Shown here: positions 10,467 to 18,179 of the stretch, in pieces
How positions within the stretch are numbered: position 1 is the first letter of the stretch
Layout of the letters: every line of letters starts with the position of its first letter
DNA from: an uncultured Verrucomicrobiae bacterium
GTDB lineage: Bacteria; Verrucomicrobiota; Verrucomicrobiia; Limisphaerales; Palsa-1400
Reading direction: 5' to 3'
NCBI GenBank assembly: GCA_963702845.1
Contig: OY969763.1
Span: forward strand, 4,480,001 to 4,544,000
DNA length: 64,000 bases
Translations under genes and position numbers: made by a program
Notes under the pieces: generated by a model
Told to the model about the DNA's origin: nothing
Seen by the model: the letters and a program-made list of their open reading frames with translations, nothing else
Databases searched by the model: none

Positions 10467-10733
10467 TCAGGTAGGAACGGTCGCGAGGGGCCGTCCGTCA
10501 GGCCCCATCCCGCCGTGCCACGAAAAATAAGGATCAGCCACCCCATTCGTCGTCCTCGAATGACACTTCAGACAATTCGAAACCGGAAGAAATCGATAAT
10601 CATGCTCCTTCGGCTGCGACCCCGGCAAAATGATTTCAGCGCGAGAAGCACCACCAAAGAAAAACATACCAACGCAAAACAAAACCATCCGCGTGAAGAC
10701 CAGAGATTTTTTGAAAAAGGAAAAGTTATTCAC
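10467..10733 (-). pseudogene. Truncated N-terminal fragment of a cytochrome c (CxxCH) protein
   Basis: Signal peptide, PGSQP, CLKCH, PYFSWHGGM; the frame then runs into a REP-like palindrome (10471-10497) and stops. Confidence 0.6.
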
Positions 10734-10845
10734 GACTCAACTAGCACCCGATTTTGGTAACCACCTCAACAAGTAGCGAGCTTTTATCAGCCCCGATTAG
10801 CCGCCCCTTTGAAATGAAATTTGAGATCCCCGCTGAATTGAAAGA

Positions 10846-10873
10846 TTGCACTCCGCTACGCTTGTCGTATAAA
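10846..10873 (+). promoter_or_regulatory. Putative sigma70 promoter of the CBASS operon
   Basis: TTGCAC-16 nt-TATAAA about 90 nt upstream of ATG 10961. Confidence 0.5.
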
Positions 10874-10960
10874 AACCACCATTAGCCACAATCTGCAATA
10901 TTTTGCATGTTCGCATTTGACGGCAAATCTGCTGGTTTGCATTGCGGTTCGCACGTCCTT

Positions 10961-11557
10961 ATGAATTCCATCGACCCGGGAGCATCGAGTCGAGGAAACC
11001 ATTCTGGTACCGTGGTCGTTCTGGCTAGTGGAGGGATCGATTCAACGGCATGCATCTGGTTTTACCTCTCCCGGGGCTCCAGCGTGGAAGCGCTGTTTAT
11101 CGACTATGGGCAGCGGTCTGCCAAGAAGGAGGAAGAGGCGGTCCGCAATGTGGCCGCGCATTTTCAAATCAAACTTCGAGTTTTTCGATGTCAGCTCGGC
11201 GAATTCGGTCCAGGATTGGTTCTTGGCCGGAACGGCTTTTTCCTGAACTTAGCCTTGGTCGCGATGGGAACGAGTTTCGCAATTATTGCGATAGGTGTTC
11301 ACGCAGGGACCTCTTACTTCGATTGTTCTCAGACCTTCGTTCGAGAGATGCAGAAGCTTTTCGATTTACAAACTGATGGTTTGGTGCAAATCGGAACGCC
11401 TTTCATAGATTGGGAAAAGCCTGCAATTTTGCACTATTGCTTAGTCAATGGGCTACCTGTTGATCTGACGTACAGTTGCGAAAATGGGCAAATTCAGCCG
11501 TGCGATTGTTGCTTGTCCTGTAACGATCTCAAAAACTTTTATGCAATGGCTAGGTAG
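10961..11557 (+). CDS. cap9: QueC-like PP-loop ATPase; type IV CBASS Cap9-like
   Basis: VLASGGIDS PP-loop, DYGQR..KE, GRN, TYSC-x7-CxxCxxC zinc site; first gene of a CD-NTase operon; alternative start 10907. Confidence 0.88.
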   Translation: MNSIDPGASSRGNHSGTVVVLASGGIDSTACIWFYLSRGSSVEALFIDYGQRSAKKEEEAVRNVAAHFQIKLRVFRCQLGEFGPGLVLGRNGFFLNLALVAMGTSFAIIAIGVHAGTSYFDCSQTFVREMQKLFDLQTDGLVQIGTPFIDWEKPAILHYCLVNGLPVDLTYSCENGQIQPCDCCLSCNDLKNFYAMAR

Positions 11558-12581
11558 ATCTACAACAATTGTTCACCCTTTGGGCGGCAAATGTAAAACG
11601 CCGTTGCTAGTTCCGTCTTTCTCTAGCAGAGGCTTTGCGATGAAGAAGGGGCTATATTCTGTTCGGCAATTAGTGGAACTCGCCGCACCAGAACTGCACG
11701 AGAGCGTCCTGATAAGCGCCTATGACATAGGAAAAAAGTATTTCCCACCGATGTCAAAGGTCCCGCTAAATGTCGAGCTTTCGTTCGTGGATAGCGGTGG
11801 CTACGAAACTGGGGGCGACACTGACCTTTCATCCGTTCGTAATGATCCAGTGTTAGACCGACAGTGGAACGCGGAAAAACTTAAGACCGTATACGACCAT
11901 TGGCCTGCAAAAAAACCAGCAGTTTTCGTAAACTTTGATCACGCGAGCAAACGGAAGCGCATCTCACAACAAATAAAATCTGCTCGCCTCCTTTTTGATA
12001 ATTATCCGAAACAATTACATTGTTTTCTCATAAAGCCGGAGACACGAAGCCAAATCTACCTCGGGCCAACTCTGCAACACGTCCGCAAAAATGTCGAAGA
12101 ACTGCAAGGCTTTGCGATTATCGGCATGACAGAAAAAGAACTTGGTGATTCATTTCTTGAACGGATGAAAAACATCTCTGAACTGAGGCTCGCAATGGAT
12201 GCCAAGCAAGTGACCGCTCCTATTCATGTCTTCGGTTCGCTAGATCCTCTGTCTTCAAGCCTGTATTTCTTGGCGGGAGCCGAGATATTCGATGGATTGA
12301 CCTGGTTGCGCTATGCTTACAGTCAAGGCGCTTGTGTGTATCGCCATAATTATTCTGCGATGGTGCACGATTTAGAATTAAAGGATGCAGCATTCATCGG
12401 AAAGCTCCTCGGGCACAATTTATCCGAACTCAGAAAGCTTCAGGGTGCAATGCGGCTTTCAGCACTCGAAAAGAATTTTGATGGCTTTTTGATGAAGGGG
12501 GAATCCTGGACTGCGTCATTTGCCGCTAAACTCACTGATGCCTATAATTCACTTCGCGGTGCATTGGAGGGGAGGATCTAA
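11541..12581 (+). CDS. cap10: tRNA-guanine transglycosylase (TGT)-like protein; type IV CBASS Cap10-like
   Basis: TPLLVPSFSS, FVDSGGYE, PIHVFG, GAEIFDG; no TGT zinc Cys cluster; overlaps the QueC-like stop and the CD-NTase start. Confidence 0.82.
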   Translation: MQWLGRSTTIVHPLGGKCKTPLLVPSFSSRGFAMKKGLYSVRQLVELAAPELHESVLISAYDIGKKYFPPMSKVPLNVELSFVDSGGYETGGDTDLSSVRNDPVLDRQWNAEKLKTVYDHWPAKKPAVFVNFDHASKRKRISQQIKSARLLFDNYPKQLHCFLIKPETRSQIYLGPTLQHVRKNVEELQGFAIIGMTEKELGDSFLERMKNISELRLAMDAKQVTAPIHVFGSLDPLSSSLYFLAGAEIFDGLTWLRYAYSQGACVYRHNYSAMVHDLELKDAAFIGKLLGHNLSELRKLQGAMRLSALEKNFDGFLMKGESWTASFAAKLTDAYNSLRGALEGRI

Positions 12582-13519
12582 TGGGTGGCTCAAGTTCAGG
12601 TTCGTCGTCTTCGTACAATTTCAACTCCGCAGCTGCGCGGAAAGACATGCGCCAAGAGCTGGGGAAGCTTCAAGACGACTTGGAGCGTCAGAAGTTTGAT
12701 GTGGAAGTCGCTGAGGTCATATCCGAATCGCTCAGCGAAATGAACTCCCGAGATGTAGAAGCCAACAACCGCACGTTAAACGCGATAAAAGCGGCACTAG
12801 AAAAAGAAATTGATGGATCAATAGATTTGATGTTCGGCGGTTCGGTTAAAAAGCACACTTATGTGGATGGCCTGAGCGACATCGATACGTTGGTAATACT
12901 GAATAAATCGGACCTTGCGCAAAAGACGCCAGATGAAGTGCGGGCTTACTTTGCCGAACGGCTTACCGAACGCTTTCCTGACGCTACCGTGCTCACCGGA
13001 CGATTGGCGGTTACTGTTAGATTTAACAACACTGAAATTCAATTGTTGCCCGCACTGAAACATGACAATGCGCTGAAGATTCCAAAAGCTGATGGTGATG
13101 GCTGGTCTAGAATAAAGCCAAAGGAGTTCACCGCCGCCCTTACGGCGGTGAACCAAGCATTGGGTGGCAAATTGGTTCCAACTATAAAATTGGCGAAATC
13201 AGTCATTGCTGACTTACCAAAAGAGCAGCGATTGAGCGGCTATCACATTGAGGCGCTTGCGATTCAGATTTTCCGTGGCTATAGCGGAACTCGCACGACC
13301 AAGAATCTCATAACAGAATTTTTTGCAAAGGCATCGGAACATCTAAGACAGCCAATCGCAGATCGAACGGGCCAATCCACATACGTCGACGAATACCTTG
13401 GCCGTGCAGACAGTAACAAACGGCAACAGTTCGGCCAGTTGATGGATCGTATAGCCGTAAGGATGGCCAACGCAGATCGAGACAAATCCCTAAGCCAATG
13501 GACCGACATTCTGAAATGA
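12581..13519 (+). CDS. CD-NTase (cGAS/DncV-like, SMODS) cyclic oligonucleotide synthase
   Basis: Pol-beta-like motif FGGS-x10-SDID, LLPAL, IKLAK, LSGYHIEAL; N-terminal MGGSSSGSSSS tail; TAATG coupling. Confidence 0.9.
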   Translation: MGGSSSGSSSSYNFNSAAARKDMRQELGKLQDDLERQKFDVEVAEVISESLSEMNSRDVEANNRTLNAIKAALEKEIDGSIDLMFGGSVKKHTYVDGLSDIDTLVILNKSDLAQKTPDEVRAYFAERLTERFPDATVLTGRLAVTVRFNNTEIQLLPALKHDNALKIPKADGDGWSRIKPKEFTAALTAVNQALGGKLVPTIKLAKSVIADLPKEQRLSGYHIEALAIQIFRGYSGTRTTKNLITEFFAKASEHLRQPIADRTGQSTYVDEYLGRADSNKRQQFGQLMDRIAVRMANADRDKSLSQWTDILK

Positions 13520-13538
13520 TTTTCGCTTGCACTGCTCT

Positions 13539-14252
13539 ATGAAGAAATCTTTATGGGCAGATTTCTGCTTCCGCTCAAAACTCGCATGCGCATATACAGT
13601 TGCGAAAAGACATGTTTTGCACGCGGGATTTCATGATGAAATCGAATGGCAAGCCAAAAGAGATTTGTCAGACGTTTCCGAAGAGAGTTTTTTGCGAGAA
13701 GCAGCGTGGGTAATCTTCTCGAGCGGCATGAGGGAGTCTGTGATTAGAAGACACTTTGCCGACATTGGTGAGGCATATTTTAAGTTCCGCTCAGCCTCGT
13801 TAATTGAATCTAATCGCAAACGATGCAGGCTTCGAGCTTTGGAGTGCTTCAATCATCGCGGGAAGGTGAATGCTGTTTTGGATGTGGCAAGGCACGTGGC
13901 AGATGTGGGTTTTACACAAGTAGTAGATCGGTTAAAACGTGAGCCTATTGAATACTTATCTCAATTCTCATACTTGGGGCCGGCAACCGCTCGTCATCTC
14001 GCCAAGAATTTAGGCATGAAGATTGCAAAGCCTGATCGCCACCTTCAGCGCGTTTCCTCGCTTTTCGGCTACACGTCACCCGATCAGATGTGTTCGGCGA
14101 TAGCCTCTATCGTACGCGAGGATGTTTCAGTTATCGACCTAGTGATTTGGAGGTTCGCAACACTCGATAAGAATTATCTCGATTTTTTTGGACTGGTGTT
14201 CTCGAACACGAGGATATCAGAACTTTCGAAGTCCCGCACATATGAAACTTAG
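13539..14252 (+). CDS. cap11: Helix-hairpin-helix N-glycosylase/DNA lyase; type IV CBASS Cap11-like
   Basis: FLREAAWVIFSSG, HhH YLGPATARHLAKNLG, KPDRH, IDLVIWR. Confidence 0.8.
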   Translation: MKKSLWADFCFRSKLACAYTVAKRHVLHAGFHDEIEWQAKRDLSDVSEESFLREAAWVIFSSGMRESVIRRHFADIGEAYFKFRSASLIESNRKRCRLRALECFNHRGKVNAVLDVARHVADVGFTQVVDRLKREPIEYLSQFSYLGPATARHLAKNLGMKIAKPDRHLQRVSSLFGYTSPDQMCSAIASIVREDVSVIDLVIWRFATLDKNYLDFFGLVFSNTRISELSKSRTYET

Positions 14253-15408
14253 TGGGCGCAGAATCCATATTGCAGGCAGTGCAGATGTTGAGGCAGATCC
14301 GACTAAACTGCGATACGTGCATTCTTTGATCGCGCAGTTGACGATGAGTTTGGCAAAAGAGGGCGCAACTTTTGTAATTTCATTTACGAAGGAACCGTAT
14401 CTCAAGGATCGTAACGAGGGGCCGTCGATTTTATACGATTGGACAGTAGCGGAAAAACTCCACGAGATGTTGATGGAAGGTACGGTTAATCCATCTGGAC
14501 CAAATGGTCGTCTAATTTTCACTCTTGCGACCATAAAGACGGATGCCAACATCCCACCCCATCGTCGAGTTTTGTACGATCAGCTTCGCGACAAATCCGC
14601 GGTCCATATGGAACTCCTGAACCCCGGTTGGACGGCAGGAGCAATTCAAAGGCAGCGGCAGGCCCAACTAGGCGATATTTTTATTGGAATCAGCGGAGGC
14701 CAAGGGGTTGAGCAGTTGGCGCTTGAATATTCGACAAAAGGCAAGCCGGTTATTCCCCTTGATATCCAAGTCGGTTCGTCTCAGAGGGATGGGTCTGGAG
14801 GAGCTGGTCGGCTTTTTGATCGTGCACTGGCAAATCCGTCCGACTTCTTACGGGTTAAAGATGGCGCATCTCCTGCTGAATTACTTGATCGGACCAGGAC
14901 ACGAGATGGTGAAACACCTATAGAAAAGGTTGTTTCGTCAACGATGAACCTTTTGCACAATTTGGCAGATCCTCGGGTCTTTTATGTGAGACTGCTCAAT
15001 GATTCTGTTTCTGAGTATGCGTCAGTAGAGGTGTTCTTCCGGCAGACGGTTGACAAGCTAGTCACCGAATTGGGATATGAATACCTCCAGATGGGAATCG
15101 GAAAAAACGAATTTGCATGGATGAATGAAGCTATTTTCGATTCTTTGCACCATAGCTCTGTGGCGCTTGTCGATCTTACCGCCCTCCGCCCCAATTGCTT
15201 TATGGAGTTAGGCTATGCTTTGGGCAACATGCAACGCGTTATCGTCACCGCACGCGCAGACACGCGCATTTCGTTCGACGCTTTTGCTCTTGAAGCGTTC
15301 CAGTGGACCGAAAATGAGGATCCAATGACGCAATTGGATCGACTGCGAAGTCATTGGATACGCAACATCAACATGCCGCGGCTGGTGCGGCCAAAGGAAG
15401 CGAAATGA
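14242..15408 (+). CDS. CBASS effector: SLOG (TPALS/Cap17-N-like) domain plus C-terminal nucleoside 2'-deoxyribosyltransferase/TIR-like domain
   Basis: GRRIHIAGS, RQAQLGDIFIGISGGQGV, GKPVIPL (SLOG); VDLTALRPNCFMELGYALG (NDT/Rcl-like Glu motif); overlaps both neighbours. Confidence 0.78.
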   Translation: MKLSGRRIHIAGSADVEADPTKLRYVHSLIAQLTMSLAKEGATFVISFTKEPYLKDRNEGPSILYDWTVAEKLHEMLMEGTVNPSGPNGRLIFTLATIKTDANIPPHRRVLYDQLRDKSAVHMELLNPGWTAGAIQRQRQAQLGDIFIGISGGQGVEQLALEYSTKGKPVIPLDIQVGSSQRDGSGGAGRLFDRALANPSDFLRVKDGASPAELLDRTRTRDGETPIEKVVSSTMNLLHNLADPRVFYVRLLNDSVSEYASVEVFFRQTVDKLVTELGYEYLQMGIGKNEFAWMNEAIFDSLHHSSVALVDLTALRPNCFMELGYALGNMQRVIVTARADTRISFDAFALEAFQWTENEDPMTQLDRLRSHWIRNINMPRLVRPKEAK

Positions 15409-15950
15409 AGAGCGAAGCATATTTTTCTGTGGATGTCGAATCGGCAGGCCCAATTCCGGGAATGTACAGCATGCTATCGCTCGGTGCCTGCCTTGTTGAA
15501 GATTATGGGCAAACTTTTTACGTAGAGTTTAAGCCAATTACAAAGAGCTTTATTCCAGCCGCGCTGGACGTATCAGGCTTAGATTTGGACACCTTAGAAC
15601 GTACGGGGGTACCGCCCGATGTTGCCATGAAAAACTTTGGCGAATGGATTCTAAAATCAGCTGGCGAACGCACTCCAGTCTTCGTCGGCTTTAACGGCTG
15701 TTACGATTGGCAGTTTGTTAACTGGTACTTCCATTCATTTACAAACCACAATCCCTTCGGTTTTGGAGGGATTGACATAAAATCTTACTTTATGGGTTTG
15801 AGCGGGCGGGAATGGTCGCAAACCACATCGAGCCAGTTGCCCGAACAATTTCATCCCGATGTTGCTCAGACCCATAACGCACTCGATGATGCGCGAGCTC
15901 AGGCATCGATTTTCCGAAAGATGCTGAAAGAGCACAGCGGGCGCCCTTGA
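15405..15950 (+). CDS. DEDDh 3'-5' exonuclease, Cap18-like
   Basis: SVDVESAGP (Exo I), GFNGCYDW (Exo II), HNALDDA (Exo III); ATGA overlap with the effector. Confidence 0.85.
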   Translation: MKSEAYFSVDVESAGPIPGMYSMLSLGACLVEDYGQTFYVEFKPITKSFIPAALDVSGLDLDTLERTGVPPDVAMKNFGEWILKSAGERTPVFVGFNGCYDWQFVNWYFHSFTNHNPFGFGGIDIKSYFMGLSGREWSQTTSSQLPEQFHPDVAQTHNALDDARAQASIFRKMLKEHSGRP

Positions 15951-16017
15951 AACTTTTAGTCGTAAGTAGAAAAGTCAGCTCACAGTTGTCGGCTCATCAG
16001 AAAGCTCTCTTCGCCGC

Positions 16018-16149
16018 CTATAAAACCAAATCAGCAGCAGCATTGTCTTCAACATGAGCAGGGTTCTTACAGCCTGGAATGACTGCGGACACGGTCTGAT
16101 TCTTTAGGCACCAAGCCAAAGCCCATTGACTCAATTTGACACCTTCGGG
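16018..16149 (-). repeat. Diverged duplicate of the last ~43 codons of the aldo/keto reductase gene (25700-25834); possible att scar
   Basis: Translates PEGVKLSQWALAWCLKNQTVSAVIPGCKNPAHVEDNAAADLVL* versus PEGVKLSQWALAWCLKNQTVSAVIPGCKNPSHVKDNAAAVDLVL* in the gene. Confidence 0.92.
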
Positions 16150-16688
16150 AATGCGAAGCCTTCGTGGCAACGCATGCAAATGCGATCGCCACCGCCCAAC
16201 CCGAGATCCCCAACCAACTCAACGACCGCGCCGCCGACATCTGGGAACCGCTTCTCGTCCTGGCCGACATCGCTGGCGGCGACTGGCCACAAAAAGCGCG
16301 CACCGCCGCCATCGCCCTCAGCACTCGCGGCAATGAATCCAACCCCATCGGCGCACTCTTCCTGGACATCCTCCTTTGTTATACTGCAAACAACACCGAC
16401 CGCCTCCACACCCGCGACATCCTTGATTATCTTCAGCACAGAGGCATGCGACCATGGAACGAAACGTTAAAAAAACCGATCAACGACCTCTGGCTCGCCC
16501 AACAACTCCGACCGTACGGCATCCGTCCGCGCAGCACCCGCATCGCCGGCGTTCAGGCCAAGGGTTACTACGAGAGCGACATGCTCGACGCGTTCCGCCG
16601 CTACGTTCCAGAAAGCGAAATCAACCGCGTCCAGGAAGAAATCGCAAACAATGAAGAAGAGCCCGAAAATAAATCCGCCGCTGCTTAA
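16150..16688 (+). pseudogene. 5'-truncated DUF3631-family (mobile-element-associated) gene
   Basis: LNDRAADIWEPLLVLADIAGGDWP...LRPYGIRP...KGY...DAFRRY; begins abruptly at the reductase fragment. Confidence 0.7.
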
Positions 16689-16692
16689 AACG

Positions 16693-16811
16693 GTAGGGAC
16701 GATCGCGCGGTTCGCGGAAGCGAACATCAAAATAATTTGTTCGAATCTCCGTCGTCCGCTGACCTTTCAAATCTCAAATCGGCAGGTAGGGATCGCGCGC
16801 CGCGCGGTCCG
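16693..16811. repeat. REP-like cluster (66-bp repeat copy 2 plus GTAGGGATCGCGCG palindrome)
   Basis: Matches 7568-7633; second GTAG palindrome at 16786-16811. Confidence 0.75.
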
Positions 16812-17078
16812 ACAACCCCGAAGTGGGTTGAAGCATCCAGCCCAGGCCCACGCGCCCGCGTCCCCAAAATAATTTGTTCTGATGTGGTTAGGGCAACAGG
16901 GACCTACCCTGGGTAAAAACCCAAAAAGCGAATCTTCACGACAGCGCGACGAAGGAGTTAATGGAATTTTAGTCGTCTTGCAGACGTCGAACTGGTTCAG
17001 CGAACCCGCTCCAACGTTCTTGTCCTTCATCCTATGCTTGTCACGTACGGGCAGGCGCTCTTAGTATTTGTGCAAACC

Positions 17079-18179
17079 ATGGGACACACAGCTACGTTTA
17101 GAGCTCTTCAAGCTGCTGAACGAAGGCAGCAACGCGAGGAGCAAAGCCTGCGACGAGAATATGAACGGCAGGCGAAAGAACGCGAGAAACTATCCGCTAT
17201 TGAGCAGGCTCGGCTCGAGGTTCGGCTTTACGAAAATCAGCTGAATCTCCTGCTATCGATGCACAAGGAATACCGACCAGCATGGGACTGGGCGGCAGTA
17301 GCTTCTGCATTGCCGCCGCTGCCACCCAAAAGAAATCCAGCGAACGAATTCAAAGCCATGTTGCAGTTGGCGCTGACGGAGATAGAGCAAAAGGCGACCG
17401 GCGAGTCATTTCTTGAACAGGCAAGGGCGACGGACGACTGTGATTTCGAAGCCGCGAAGCTGTCGTATTGTGGTGACCTGATTAAGTGGGAGAAACTTCG
17501 TAAGTTGGCGCAACGAATTCTGATCGGTGAGCATAAGGCATATACTCAAGCACTACTGGACTTAAACCCTTTCGCTGAACTGTCGTATCTAGGCTCTTCA
17601 ATCAATTTGACTGTCCACAACTCGCGCTTTGTCGAATGCTCCCTGAAGGTCAATGGCAAACAAGCGATACCTAGTGAAACAAAAAGCTTAACGGCCACGG
17701 AAAAGCTCTCGACTAAGCCGATGTCCAAAGCTCGATTCCACGAGGTATACACCGAATACATCTGCTCGTGTGTTTTGCGCGTTGCGCTAGAAGTTATTGC
17801 GCTGTTGCCAACCGACGATTTGATTGTCACCGCGATCGCCGACGTAACGGAGCAACAATCAGGACGGTCTATCGAAAAACCGGTTCTTTCGATTTTGATT
17901 TCGCGGATTCATGTAGAAGCCACGAACTTCAATGACCTGAACGCGTACGATGCCATTGAAGCTCTCACTCACCGAGGCGATCTCCGTGGCACTCGCAAAT
18001 TGGAGTTCCGCGAAATCAGTCCACTGAAGCCTGAAGATTTGTCCCATGTCGCACACGAACATTTAGAGTTGTCCGCGCTGATTTCTAAAGGCCGAAAGCA
18101 ATGTGAAGAAATGCGACTGGCGGCCTCTGAATACAAGCGGCGCGCGGATGCCGCGACTGCAGAAACAACACCAGTATGA
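17079..18179 (+). CDS. Uncharacterised coiled-coil protein coupled to the DUF4041 nuclease
   Basis: Charged N-terminal helix; C-terminal domain FHEVYTEYICSCVLRVALEVIALLP...PVLSILISR; ATGA overlap with the next gene. Confidence 0.75.
   Translation: MGHTATFRALQAAERRQQREEQSLRREYERQAKEREKLSAIEQARLEVRLYENQLNLLLSMHKEYRPAWDWAAVASALPPLPPKRNPANEFKAMLQLALTEIEQKATGESFLEQARATDDCDFEAAKLSYCGDLIKWEKLRKLAQRILIGEHKAYTQALLDLNPFAELSYLGSSINLTVHNSRFVECSLKVNGKQAIPSETKSLTATEKLSTKPMSKARFHEVYTEYICSCVLRVALEVIALLPTDDLIVTAIADVTEQQSGRSIEKPVLSILISRIHVEATNFNDLNAYDAIEALTHRGDLRGTRKLEFREISPLKPEDLSHVAHEHLELSALISKGRKQCEEMRLAASEYKRRADAATAETTPV

Noticed and set aside
10961..12581. Housekeeping queuosine genes (queC/tgt) or a Dpd DNA-modification system
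   Set aside because: The TGT-like protein lacks the zinc Cys cluster, no queD/E/F or dpdB/C is recognisable, and both genes are coupled to a CD-NTase.
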